Of a DNA stretch of 40,829 nt, positions 11,627 to 23,549 are shown one piece after another; the stretch's first letter is position 1, and each line of letters opens with the position of its first letter. Both the position numbers and the translations under genes were made by a program. The notes beneath the pieces are model-generated. The model was given only the letters and a program-made list of their open reading frames with translations, had not been told where the DNA came from and did no database searches. The stretch spans positions 1-40,829 of the forward strand of contig NW_021835429.1 in assembly GCF_006345805.1 (NCBI RefSeq), in the 5' to 3' direction. Source of the stretch: Octopus sinensis (Eukaryota).

Positions 11627-11996
11627 TATATAATGTATGGTGAATTTGTTGAATGAAATTCCATAAATCCCATCAGTTTCGTTAAGAATGGCGGAAACAA
11701 GTTGTTAAAACCCAGCTGAAACCAGCTCTGACTCTGAGTACAAATGTCTGGTTTTCTTAAGTTCTGAATTAAAATCTTCCACCAAACCTTAGTCACAATT
11801 TATGTTCCTAACACTAGCTTAATGATAACTAAGTTATTTTATTAAATTCTTTGTTATATTTAAAGTAATTGAAAGAAACACAGAGGATCTCAAAATAAAT
11901 ACAGTAATGAAAGGGTTAAGATTTCTTAAGAATTTTCACAATGAAATTGATGGGATTTATGGGACGTCATTCCATAAATTCATCATACATTATATA
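11627..11996. mobile_element. Foldback/MITE with ~57-bp imperfect TIRs
   Basis: tatataatgtatggtgaattt...cccatcagtttcgtt (11627-11683) matches the reverse complement of 11940-11996. Confidence 0.75.
11709..11915. mobile_element. piggyBac-like MITE nested in the foldback
   Basis: TTAA at 11705-11708 and 11916-11919; right terminus GAAAGGG|TTAA is typical of piggyBac; left terminus is eroded. Confidence 0.5.
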
Positions 11997-12131
11997 CAAG
12001 TACTACTTCCATATCTTCGCAAATTTACTCCTGTAAACTCCCAACAAACTTTGAAGAATCAACATTAGGAATCTTTTTTGGAAGCCTCCAATTAAAAGAC
12101 ACATCCACAGTCAACCTTTATACATCTATAT

Positions 12132-12530
12132 TACTCTCTTTTACTTGTTTCAGTCATTTGACTGTGGCCATGCTGGAGCACCGCCTTTAGTTGAGCAAAT
12201 TGACCCCAGGACTTATTCTTTGTAAACCTAGTACTTATTCTGTCGGTCTCTTTTGTCGAACCGCTAAGTTACGGGGACGTAAACACACCAGCATCGGTTG
12301 TAAAGTGATGTTGTGGGGACAAACACAGACACACAAACATATACACATACATATACATATATACGACGGGCTTCTTTTAGTTTCCGTCTACCAAATCCAC
12401 TCACAAGGCTTTGGTCGGCCCGAGGCTATAGTAGAAGACACTTGACCAAGGTGCAATGCAGTGGGAATGAACCCAAGACCATGTGGTTCGTAAGCAAGCT
12501 ACTTACCACACAGCTTTGCCTGTTCCTATA
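12132..12530 (-). mobile_element. SINE family A, full length
   Basis: Head, CORE-like segment, (TA/CA)n linker and tail all present. Confidence 0.9.
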
Positions 12531-12811
12531 CATACACACACAGATACATACATACATACATAAACATACATACACACACAATACATACACATACATACAT
12601 ACATATCAATATGCTTATATATACTTATATTACAAGTCAAAACTAATTGTTGGCTTTATATATGTTTTTTCAAAATTTATATTTTTTAATTATATATTAC
12701 ATTATATTATTATGTAAATAAATTTTTAGATAGTCAATTCTATTTCTCTATTTCATTTTATATATATATATATAGTTATATATATGTATATATACACGCC
12801 TAAATACGATG

Positions 12812-12922
12812 GACTTCCGCACAGTTTCCATCTACCATATCCACTCACAAGACATCGGTCAACCCAGGGCTATAGTGGAAGACACTTGCCCTTGGGTTCA
12901 AGGACACACAGTGGGACTGAAC
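12812..12922 (-). mobile_element. SINE family A fragment
   Basis: gtttccatctacca.atccactcacaag...gaagacacttgccc. Confidence 0.7.
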
Positions 12923-13094
12923 CATCAATCTAATAATAATTCCCCATATCTCACAATAATTCGAGGAAGATTTGGTAGCACTTTCCAGCAATTCCAGACA
13001 CCACATTGAGTTGCTGATACCGTTGCTGCTGCTGCTTGTTTGTTCGTTGAGTGAAGCAGTGTTCATCTCGTCTGTAGTGGGAGAAGTCCAAAAC

Positions 13095-13407
13095 GTGGTC
13101 CTTTGCTATTCATAAGACCCACAGAAGAGAAAGCAGGTCAACCCCCGACACTGAGAGCATCGACGGATGAATGAATGCGCATCCAGGCTCAGCGGTTGTG
13201 TAGGAAGTTGGGGACAAGAAACAGGAAGAAAGAGTGAGAGAAAGTTGGAGCGAAAGAGTACAACAGGGGTCGCCACCACCCCCTGCCGGAGCCTCGTGGG
13301 GCTTTAGGTGTTTTCGCTCAATAAACACACACGCCTGGTCTGGGAATCAAAACCACGATCCTCCGACCGCGAGTCCGCTGCCCTAACCACTGGGCCATTG
13401 CGCCTCC
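13095..13407 (-). mobile_element. SINE family B, young copy with a different 3' module
   Basis: Head ggaggcgcaatggcccagtggttagggcagcggactcgcgg; CpGs intact; 3' part lacks the V-like core. Confidence 0.8.
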
Positions 13408-14199
13408 TGCTGCTGCTGTTTAGCTCCTTCGTAAGACCAGATCGATGAGACTGATGTTATTCCCTGGCTGAAGCTGCTTGCTCTGTTCGCTCTGCTTGTC
13501 CTTGCTATTTAAATTAATTGTATCAATTTGTTTTTATGTCATTATATTGTTTCTTTTTCTTCTTCTTTGCATAAATTTCCTTTATTATTTTTCTTCATGT
13601 ATTTATTCTTCATCTTTTCCTACGATACGAATTTTTTTTTTGCTCCATTTCCTTTCTTTCTTCTATCACAATCGTCGTACAACTTCTTAACATCGTCGTT
13701 GAAATTGTTGTAGTTACTCTTATCACACATACTTCCCATTGTCATCGTCATCATCATCGTAGCTGTTGTAGTTGTTGTTATTGTTCTTTATCATTGTCGT
13801 AGCAGTCGCATCCGTTGCCGTTATTGACGTTAGTCTGGTTACCACTATTGTCCGTATTGTCTTTATTATTATTGTTACAGTTGTAGTTATTGCTATTTAT
13901 CGTTATATCTCTTCCGGCCTATTGTTCTTCTTGCTGTTAATGTTTCTGCCCCGTCCCTCCTTCCCCTTCTTTCCCCTCACCCCCTCTCTCTCCTTCTCTC
14001 TCTCTCTTTGCTGCCATAGTCATTATGATGCGCATCTCAGAGAAGTTATTGTTTTTTCCTCCTTCCATCGTTATTCAATTCTCTTCACCCGACTACATCA
14101 GAACACCTACACCCACTTCCGCGACCCCCTACCAATTCCGCCCCTCTCCTTTCCATCCCTGCCATTCCCTCTTAACCTTCTTATTACGTTACTATTGTC

Positions 14200-14411
14200 G
14201 CTTACGCGCTAGATTCAGTCGTAGCTGGGTGGGTGTAAAGAGGACAGGGTATTTAGGGGACGAGGCGGGGTGGGGTAGGGGTGGGGGTTGTTTGGGTGTG
14301 TAGGATGGGGCGGGGGCGGGTTGAAGTGATTTCAGGGGGAAGGGAGAGGGAGAGAGGCATGGGTTTTTTTTTCAAGGTGTGGAGATTTTCGGTGGCGTAG
14401 TGAAGGTAAGG
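14200..14411. promoter_or_regulatory. CpG/G-rich segment with G-quadruplex and GC-box motifs, flanked by outward-facing splice donors (candidate promoter)
   Basis: GGGGTGGGGTAGGGGTGGGGG at 14267-14287; GGGCGG motifs near 14307-14320; minus-strand donor gtaagc from 14205 and plus-strand donor AG|gtaagg at 14406. Confidence 0.25.
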
Positions 14412-14719
14412 TGGTGCGGTTCCTCGTGTGTGTTTGTAGGGGTGGTGGTGTTTTGAACGATTCGGTGGAGGGAATTATCGGGGAGGGGGTCGGTTGAGAG
14501 GTGGATGGGTGGAGGATTTGTGGAGGGGTTGTAATGGAGTTAGGGTTTTGTTTGTCGCCCCCTTACCTCCCTTGTTTTAACAACTCTCCCCACCCCCTTC
14601 GCACCAACAGACATTAAAATTTATTTATTTCATTTTTATTCTTTTAGTGTTCCTTTCTCTTGGTTGTTACCAATTCTTATCACCTTGGTACCATTATAGC
14701 TTTCTCCTCCGCACGCCAT

Positions 14720-14728
14720 CTACTACTA

Positions 14729-14768
<40 letters not shown>

Positions 14769-14782
14769 CACTACCACCACTA

Positions 14783-14829
<47 letters not shown>

Positions 14830-15290
14830 ACTATCTTTATAGCAACAATCTCTAGTACCACTCTAACATCATCACTACCACCACACCAACCAATGCTGTT
14901 GAAATCAACCACCACCACCACTACCACTATAGCTACTACTACTACTACTAATAATAATAATAATAACACCACCATCGCTACTACCACCACTACTATTATT
15001 ACTACTACTAATATTACCATCACCACTATCACGATTACTACTACTGCTGCTACTACTACTACTACTGCTGCTGCTGCTACTACTACTGCTGCTGCCACCA
15101 ACAACATTGTGACTATCATCAAGATCACACCACAACCAACACCAACACTACCCCCACCACCTACCACCATCACCATTGCCATAGACAACCACCACAATCA
15201 TTGCTACTATGAATAATGATAATAATAATGATAATGATAATAATGATAATAATGATAATTATAATAATAATGATAATTATAATAATAATG

Positions 15291-15321
<31 letters not shown>

Positions 15322-15421
15322 TAATAATAATAATAATAATAATGATAATAATAATAATAATAATAATGATAATAATAATAAAAATTATATTAATAATAAT
15401 GATGATGATGATGATGATGAT
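14720..15421. repeat. (ACT)n/(GCT)n/(ACC)n/(AAT)n/(GAT)n trinucleotide block
   Basis: Direct inspection. Confidence 0.95.
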
Positions 15422-15642
15422 AGCAATCCTCTCTTCTAAAAGCACAAGACCTGAAATTTTTGGGGAGGGGACTAGTTGATTACATTGACCCCACTGTTTC
15501 CCTGGTGCATAACTTATCGACCCTGAAAGGATGAAAGGCAAAGTTGACCTCAGTGGAATTTGAACTCAGGACATAGCGACAGGCGAAACATTGCTAAGTA
15601 TTTCGTCTGGTGTGCTAATGCTTCTGCCAGCTCACTGCCTTA
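15422..15642 (-). mobile_element. tRNA-derived SINE family C (Meta/MESC-like central domain)
   Basis: Minus-strand ttgcctttcatcctttcagggtcgataag core; B-box gagttcaaattcc. The domain name is tentative. Confidence 0.75.
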
Positions 15643-15643
15643 G

Positions 15644-15725
<82 letters not shown>

Positions 15726-17706
15726 CAATTCTTTTTTATTGGCCACAAGGGCTGACACGCATGATTACATAAAGGGACAAGACAGGACGAAAGGTTACAA
15801 AGGGTTTTGTCCGTTTGTTAAAAAATCGTGTAAAAAACTTTAAAACAATGATTATTGAAACAATGAAAAACTCCCAAAAGGGGGAGACATCTCGAAAGTT
15901 CCTGGTGGAAAAAACCCTACAAAAGCCAACGGGAGCCTGGTCAAAAAAAGGGGTGTAGAGAGTCCCCTTTCTTCTCCTTTTACATTACCTTTTTCTTTGA
16001 AATCACAGGCGAAACCTGAGAACTGGTCCATTTATACAGGCCAGTCTCGCACAAATCACCCACCTTTCATAAAACTTGCTATCGGACAGCACTTTTCTCT
16101 CTAACCTCATCTCTTCCTTTTCAAGTGAACTTGAAAAAGTTGATGAGGCCTTGACCAAAGAGGAAAGTGTCTGACTTTAGCCCTTTCAAACGAGTCCACC
16201 AACGACTTCTTTCGCCACAGCCACAAGGCACAAGAAAACGGCCTCGCCCTCCTTGTTAAAGGAGGTCGGCGGGGCAATCTTCACTATGGATTCGGCCGAT
16301 AGTCGGATCCGTCCTACACGTGACAGTAGCTGTTCGACATAAACCCATATTTCAGCAATACTCGGGCACTGGACGAGTGCGTGCAGAACGGTTTCGTCGT
16401 CCTGGCAACACCTCGGGCAGGCCCGGCTGACGGCACTTCCGTGCCGGTAGAGTTTATCTCGAACAGGCAGAGCCCCTCGGTAGCACTGCCAGGCGGGAGA
16501 CCTCTGGAAATTATCCATCGGCCCCGGCCCGAAAGTCCTCCCGAACAGACCGCTCAGTTCGTCGTCTTCAACGCCTAGAGTTTCCCCGAGAACGTCGTCG
16601 CATTTTTCCTCCTCCACTACCCTCTATAGAACGCTAGAGTGGAGCTGTAACCGACCGCATTCCCGCCTGGTGGAGGGCAGAGAGGGCTTGACGGCACTCG
16701 AGGTGCCAAGCGCCCTTTCTCGGTCTAACGTTTGATCCAGGTCTGCAGCTCCGTCAAAGAGACGAGCTGCGGAAAATCGCGTCTGACAAAAGACGACCAC
16801 ACCTGTTCACCGTCTAGGAAGCGCTTGAGATGCCGCAGCCTGAGCACATGTCTGCGCAACAGCAGCCACGGCATTCCAAGGCCTCCGTTCAGCGGTCGTT
16901 GACAGCAGATGGATCGCCTGACCAGTGGCACCTGACCCTTCCACAAAAAGTCGAAGAGCAGCGTACCAGCTTGGCCAACCAGCGGTCGGGACAAGGACGA
17001 CGGTCAAGCGGTAATAGATGACGGATGCGATGTACGCATTCGCCACCTCCGCTCGACCTTTCAGGGACAGCTTCCTCTCGGCCCATTTCTGGGTGAGACG
17101 TGCCACCCTGCTCGTCACCTCTTCCCAGTTCTTATCCACCTGGAGGTCCGGACCGAACCAGACCCCGAGCAGTTTAACGGGTCCGTCTGTCCAGCGCCCT
17201 ACGACGCTGTTGATGGCATGGGCTTGCCTCTCCAGGTGCCCAGTTGCAAGCCCACAGACTTTTCCGCGTTAATCTTTGCCCCTGTCACAGCTTCGTACTG
17301 GTTTAGCGTCTCGCCAATCAGGCCAATGTGCCTGTGGCTCGACACCACCACGGTGACGTCGTCGGCATAAGCAGACACGCTGTTCCGCTCCTAGATCGCG
17401 CGGGATGCCCCTCAAAGCCTCCAACTTGCGCAGTAATGGCTCGAGAGTCAAAATGTACAAGAGGGAGGAGAGAGGGCATCCTTGGCGGACCGAACGCGAG
17501 ATGTCGAACGGTTCCGAAAGGTGACCGTTCACCCGTATCACCGAGCAGATGTTGCTGTATAAAGCAGCGATCCACCCGCGGAAGACTGGACGAAGCCGGC
17601 TGCCTTGAGGACAGCTGCCAGGTACCGATGGTCGACCCTATCGAAGCTTTACTCTGATCCAGTTGATCAAAGCCCCACCCGCACCAGCGTCGTTACCCAC
17701 CCTCTA
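15726..17706 (-). mobile_element. Tx1/L1-clade LINE, 5'-truncated ORF2 (RT, CCHC) and 3' UTR, frameshifted
   Basis: DQSKAFDRV (after frameshifts), VRQGCPLS (~17471-17490), YADD (17358-17369), CPRCCQDDETVLHALVQC (16366-16419); AATAAA at 15735-15740. Confidence 0.95.
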
Positions 17707-18065
17707 TCATCGTTTAATGTCCGTTTTCCATGCTAGCAGGGTTGGACAGTTTGATGAAGTCTGGAGAGCCAGTGGCTGCACCAGGCTCCAATCTGATCTG
17801 ACAATATTTACAGCTGGATGCCCTTCCTAACACCAACCATTCTGAGAGTGTAGTGGGGTTTTTTAGATCCAAGAGCCAGTCAGATGGACCTGGCATCGAC
17901 CACATTCAGATGGTACTTTTACATGCGACGGCATGGGAGCCCGTCAGGGCACTGGTCACAGCTATGATATTGGTTACTTGACTCAACCAGGTCTTCTCAA
18001 GCATAACATATCAGACATGCATGGCTGCAATCTCACATAAATGGTGGGTCTTCCCAATCACAGCA
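17707..18065 (-). mobile_element. RTE LINE 3' UTR fragment
   Basis: tttaatgtccgttttccatgctagca...gctggatgcccttcctaa. Confidence 0.75.
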
Positions 18066-18114
18066 TATAATAATAAAAAATAATAATAATAACAATAATA
18101 ATAATAATAATAAT

Positions 18115-18332
18115 GATCCTTTCTAATATAGGCACAAGGCCTGCAATTTGGGGGAGGGGGTTAGTTGATTACATAGACCCCAGTACTCAACTGGTATTTA
18201 ATTTAGTGATCCCAAAAGGATGAAAGGCAAAGTCAACTTTGGCGGAATTCATACTCAGAACACGAAGACAGACAAAATACTCCTCAGAATTTTGCCCGAC
18301 GTGCTAAAGATTCTGCCAGCTCAATGCCTTAA
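18115..18332 (-). mobile_element. SINE family C
   Basis: Homologous to 15422-15642. Confidence 0.8.
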
Positions 18333-18499
18333 TGATTATAATAATAATAATAAAAATAATGATAATAATAATAATAAAAAATAATGATAATAATAATAAT
18401 AATAATAATGATAACAATAATCATATCTTTATTGGTCACACAAAGACACAAACAGGAACAAAATTAAAACAAGGGACACTCATCATTTAATAAATGATA

Positions 18500-18920
18500 A
18501 TCATCATCATCATCATCATCATCATTTAACGTCCGCTTTCCATGCTAGCATGGGTTGGACGGTTCAACTGGGGTCTGGGGAGCCCGAAAGCTGCACCAGT
18601 CCAGTCAGATCTGGCAGTGTTTCTACAGCTGGATGCCCTTCCTAACGCCAACCACTCCGAGAGTGTAGTGGGTGATTTTATGTGCCACCGACACAGGTGC
18701 CAGACGAGGCTGGCAAACGGCCACGCTCGGATGGTGTTTTTTATGTGCCACCGACACAGTGCCAGACGATGCTGGCAGACGGCCACGCTCGGATGGTGTT
18801 TTTTATGTGCCACCGACACAGGTGCCAGATGAGGCTGGCAAACGGCCACGATCGGATGGTGCTTGTTACGTGCCCACAGCACGGAGGCCAGTCGATGCGG
18901 TACTGGCTAAGTCGATGCGG
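18500..18920 (-). mobile_element. RTE LINE 3' UTR fragment with ~60-bp tandem units and (GAT)n tail
   Basis: Units gtgccaccgacac..gccaga.ga.gctggca.acggccacg.tcggatggtg. Confidence 0.85.
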
Positions 18921-18949
18921 TAACAATGATCATAGCAACAGCATTCTAA

Positions 18950-19975
18950 CAACAATCATAAGGACCACTAACACTACCACCATCACTACTACAACCATAG
19001 CTGTCATAACCAAATACTACAACTAACACCACTACTACAACCACTACTACTACAACCACCACTACTATACTGCTGCTGCTGCTAATACTACTACTACTAC
19101 TTCTACTACTACTACTATACTACTATTGACACTCCTACTACAACCACTGCCACTACTACTGTTGCAACTACTACTACTACTACAACCACTACTACCACTA
19201 CTAATGGCACTAATAGCCATTATGCGCTAAGAACACCATCACCAAACTTCACCATTATTCTTTAGAAGCACCACCAAAACTGTCACCTCTCCTGTCATCT
19301 GTAACCCTTATCAGTAGGGTAGCAACCACCGATGGTACCATCCAAACCACCACCACCACCTTCAACTACAGCACTGACACAACCAACTCCTTTGACACAG
19401 CAATAATCATTATTCTCTAGCAACTGCACCCTGTCACCACCGTCACCGCTGCAACCATGACCACCACCACCAATACCATCATTATTACCACCTACACTGC
19501 CACGACTACCAGCATCATCATCATAATCATCATCACCATTACCATCACTATCATCACTACACCACCATCACCACAACCACCACCACTATCACCATCATTA
19601 TCACCACCACTACCATCATTATCACCACCACCACCACCATCATCACCACCACCATCTCCATCATTATCATCACCACCACCACCACACCACCACCACCACA
19701 CCGTCACCACCATCACCATCACCACCACCATTATCATCACCACCACCACAATATTTTCATCATTACCATCAACCACCACCAGCACCATCATAATTACCAC
19801 CTACACTGCCACTACCACTATCAACATCACCATCACCACCATCATCTCCATCATCATCATCATTGCCATTTACATTGCCACCCCATCACCATCATAATTA
19901 CCACTCCTACCACTACCATCATCACAACCATTCCCATTATGATCACCACCACCACCAAAACCATCATCACATCCT
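18950..19975. repeat. (ACT)n/(ACC)n/(ATC)n low-complexity block
   Basis: Direct inspection. Confidence 0.9.
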
Positions 19976-20043
19976 TAGCCATGTTGTGAATAGACAAGCA
20001 TTTCATTCAGAAGTTTAGAATATGCTTAACCAGCACATTTCAG

Positions 20044-20086
20044 GATTATCTCCCTTGTTGTAAATTCTGCTGATGATTCTCACAAA
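20044..20086 (+). CDS. Candidate 43-nt micro-exon
   Basis: catttcag|G...CACAAA|gtaaga; the only open frame reads IISLVVNSADDSHK. No homology recognised. Confidence 0.2.
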
Positions 20087-20269
20087 GTAAGAAATGCATT
20101 CACTGCTCTTCCAACTGAAAATGCCTTGAAACAACTGTTGTTTTTCAACAATTATTGCTTAAAGGGAGAAAGGTTCTCCATTGCTGTAAATACAGACTTT
20201 GTACACATCAAATATGTTCCAAATATATTTGAATTGATCTCAATGCTTATATATATATATATATATATA

Positions 20270-20489
20270 CTCTTTTACTTGTTTCAGTCATTTGACTGTG
20301 GCCATGCTGGAGCATCACCGTTGGTTGAGCAACTCGACCCCAGGACTTATTCTTTGTGACCTAGTACTTATTCTATCGGTCTCTTTTGCCGAACCTCTAA
20401 GTTACGGAGACGTAAACACACCAGCATTAGTTGCCAAGCGATGTTGGGGGGACAAACACAGACACACAAACATGTACACACACATATAC

Positions 20490-20520
<31 letters not shown>

Positions 20521-20668
20521 ACGGGCTTCTTTCAGTTTCCATCTACCAAATCCACTTACAAGGCTATAGTAGAAAACACTTACCCAAGGTGCTACGCAGT
20601 GTGACTGAACCCGGAACCATGTGGTTGGTAAGCAAGCTACTTACCACACAGCTACAACCTGTGCCTAT
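20270..20668 (-). mobile_element. SINE family A, full length
   Basis: All modules present. Confidence 0.9.
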
Positions 20669-20717
20669 ATATATATGTGTATATATAATATTATTATATA
20701 TATATATATATATATAT

Positions 20718-21125
20718 ATAGGTGCAGGAGTGGTTGTGTGGTAAGTAGCTTGCTAACCAACCACATGGTTCCGGGTTCAGTCCCACTGCGTGGCATCTTG
20801 GGCAAGTGTCTTCTGCTATAGCCCCAGACCGACCAATGCCTTGTGAGTGGATTTGGTAGACAGAAACTGAAAGAAGCCTGTCGTATATATGTATGTGTAT
20901 ATATATATGTATATGTGTGTGTTTGTGTGTTTGTGTTTGTCCCCCTAACATCACTTGACAACCGATGCTGGTGTGTTTACGTCCCCGTAACTTAGCAGTT
21001 CGGCAAAAAGAGACTGATAGAATAAGTACTGGGCTTACAAAGAATACGTTCCGGGGTCGAGTTGCTCGACTAAAGGCGGTGCTCCAGCATGGCCGCAGTC
21101 AAATGACTGAAACAAGTAAAAGAAA
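20718..21125 (+). mobile_element. SINE family A, full length (head-to-head with the previous copy)
   Basis: All modules present. Confidence 0.9.
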
Positions 21126-21271
21126 GAAAAGAAGAATATATATATTGATAGAAATGGTAAGACAACAAAAGAAAGAAAGAGACCTCAATATTATGTAAAT
21201 AGAGGAACTATAAATGTAGTATGTGACAATTATTCGGTATTTACAGATATATATATATATATATCAATAAT

Positions 21272-21645
21272 CTTTTACTTGTTTCAGTCTGTGACCATGC
21301 TGGAGCACCATCTTGAAGAATTTGTTACTTTTTTAAGCCTGGTACTTATTCTTTTTGTCTATTTTACCAAAGTGCTAAGATTTAGTGATGTAAACACACC
21401 AACACCGGTTGTCAAGCAGTGGTGGGGTCTAACACAAAGACAGGTACATACACATACACACGCACAAAAATATATTATACGATGGGCTTCTTTCAGTTTC
21501 CAGCTACCAAATCTACCCACAAAGCTTTGGCTGGCCTGAGATTATTGTTGAAGGTGCTTGGCCAAGGTGCCATGCAGTGGGACTGATCCCAAAACCATTT
21601 GGTTACAAAGCAAACTTCTTACCACACAGCTATGCATGCACCTAT
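21272..21645 (-). mobile_element. SINE family A, older copy
   Basis: Diverged, but all modules recognisable. Confidence 0.75.
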
Positions 21646-21687
21646 AAATATATATCTATATAGGTATCTATATATATATATATATAT

Positions 21688-22103
21688 ATCATCATCATCA
21701 TCGTCTAACGTCCGTTTTCCGTGCTAGCACGGGTTTTTGGACAGTCGCCGGGTCTGGGAAGCCGGGGGCTGAACCAGGCTCCAGTCTGATCTGGCAGTGT
21801 TTCTAAGCTGGATGCCTTCCTAACGCCAACCACTCTGCGAGTGTAGTGGGTGCTTTTTACGTGCCACCTGCACAGGTGCCAAGGGGTCTGGCATCGGCCA
21901 CGATCAGTTAGTGCTTTTAACATGCCACCGGCACAGAAGCCAGCCAAGGCGGCGCTGGCATAGGCCACGTACGGATGGTGCTTTTTATGTGTCACTGGCA
22001 CAGAAGCCAGTCGAGGCGGCGCTGGCATCGGCCACGTTCGGATGGTGCTTTTTATGTGCCACCAGCACAGAAGTCAGTCGAGGCGGCGCTGGCAACGGCC
22101 ACG
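21688..22103 (-). mobile_element. RTE LINE 3' UTR fragment with tandem units
   Basis: (ATC)n tail followed by the same motifs as 18500-18920. Confidence 0.85.
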
Positions 22104-22133
22104 TTTACATACATGCATACATACATACATACA

Positions 22134-22350
22134 TCTATATATATATAAAAATGAAAATGTGTATCTGTCTGTCCGTCTGTGTGAATCCCTAAAACTCAAA
22201 AACTACACAACTAATTTCATTCAAATTTTAGATGTACACTATATCGGTCCATGGAGTATCATGGGCCAAAAAAGTTTTAGCTTCTTGCCTAATGGCAGCC
22301 TGGGGCAATTTTTTACACTGGTTCGCTATTATCTATCAAAAGTGAGGTTG
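22134..22350 (+). mobile_element. Helitron-like 5' end fragment
   Basis: A|TCTATATATATAAAAATG..(gtct)n start typical of non-autonomous Helitrons; no 3' end seen. Confidence 0.5.
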
Positions 22351-22351
22351 A

Positions 22352-22445
22352 TTGGAGCGGTGTGCAGCCTCTGACTGCCAGTCCTCAGTCAAACCATCCA
22401 ACCCATGCCAGCATGGAAATCAGATGTTAAACGATGATGATGATG
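22352..22445 (+). mobile_element. Short RTE 3' tail
   Basis: ccatccaacccatgccagcatggaaa...gttaaac(gat)n. Confidence 0.7.
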
Positions 22446-22920
22446 GATGTATGTATGTATAAATAAACACATACCATAAATGAAAAATTTTATCATCACT
22501 AATTGTGACTGAAGGTGTCGAAAAAATATAAGTTAAGATCTATTTCCCTTTTGTTACCATTTTTTAAGCTGCTAAGCTCTTGTTTGGAAACATAGATTAA
22601 CATAAAATTTTGTTAGAAAATTTTAATCATCTTAACCCTTTTGTTATCAAATTTCTGTTGACTTCACTACCATTTAAGGCCCTGCTCCAGCATGGCTGCA
22701 GTCAAATGACTTGAAACATCTAAAAGAATATTAACGTAAGATATGATTGTAATTATGCATTTAATGTTTGAAGCAAAGTTTTACCATTTCCTGTAATAAG
22801 AATTGGAATATTTATATTTGACTTGGCAAGCTTTATAGTTCTGGTTAATGCTGTATTTCCACTGAAACCCACCTACCCTTTTTTTTTTTTTTTTTTGGTT
22901 AATTTGAAAATAGCAAAATA

Positions 22921-23292
22921 CTAGCATATCACCACCGCGTTGCTTGGGTTTGTTTCAACCCTTTTAGAATTAGAATTTTTGAAAAGCAAAAATTTTGCAT
23001 TATGTAGCTTTGTTATTCTCTTTAAGTGAACATTTTTTCTGGTTGAAATACACCGAAAAATGGTGACACAGCAGTCAAAAATCGTAAAAAATAGAGATTT
23101 TCATAGTAAAAAGAGCACTTTTTTTATGTAAGTAATTTTGGTGTTAACAGGGTCTGATTTAAATTTATATTCTACAATGAAGAGCAAGCTTCTTCTATCA
23201 TACTTTCAATTTTGGTCTCAGAGGAGATAGTGTTAGTTGAAGGCTACCAAACCTGCCACACACAGGCAACTTCAGCTTTATATATAGAGAGA
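22921..23292 (-). mobile_element. Non-autonomous Helitron, both ends present (372 bp)
   Basis: Minus strand A|TCTCTCTATATATAAAG...cccaagcaacgcggtggtgatatgCTAG|T: AT target, no TSD, eroded subterminal hairpin. Confidence 0.75.
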
Positions 23293-23549
23293 TTTAGTAA
23301 AGTAACTTTGTTAAGCTGTGTTTCAAGCATAAATTAACGAGAAATTAAGATGGGAGGTTTTAATGTAGGTCTCCTTCAAGCAGGAAGTTCGCATTATAGA
23401 CCCAGGCAGATTGGTATCAAGAGCGTTAAAAATAAATTTCCGTTAGCAACACAAATTTAATTAAAGCATAAATAAACAACTAAATAAAGTATCACATGTC
23501 TAATTATATACAAGTTTTCAGATCTCAAGTGTATTGTCACAGCTAAATA

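Noticed and set aside
12950-13110. Q-rich minus-strand frame (KDHVLDFSHYRRDEHCFTQRTNKQQQQRYQQ...)
   Set aside because: Short, directly continuous with a SINE tail, and without convincing splice sites.
18670-18900. CRISPR-like repeat/spacer look of the ~60-bp units (also at 547-730 and 21840-22100)
   Set aside because: Eukaryotic context, no cas genes, and the spacers are homologous to each other; part of an RTE 3' UTR.
20065-20106. CUGAUGA...GAAAUGCAUU, a possible further hammerhead
   Set aside because: Only 2 bp possible in each of stems I and II; overlaps a candidate exon; may be chance.
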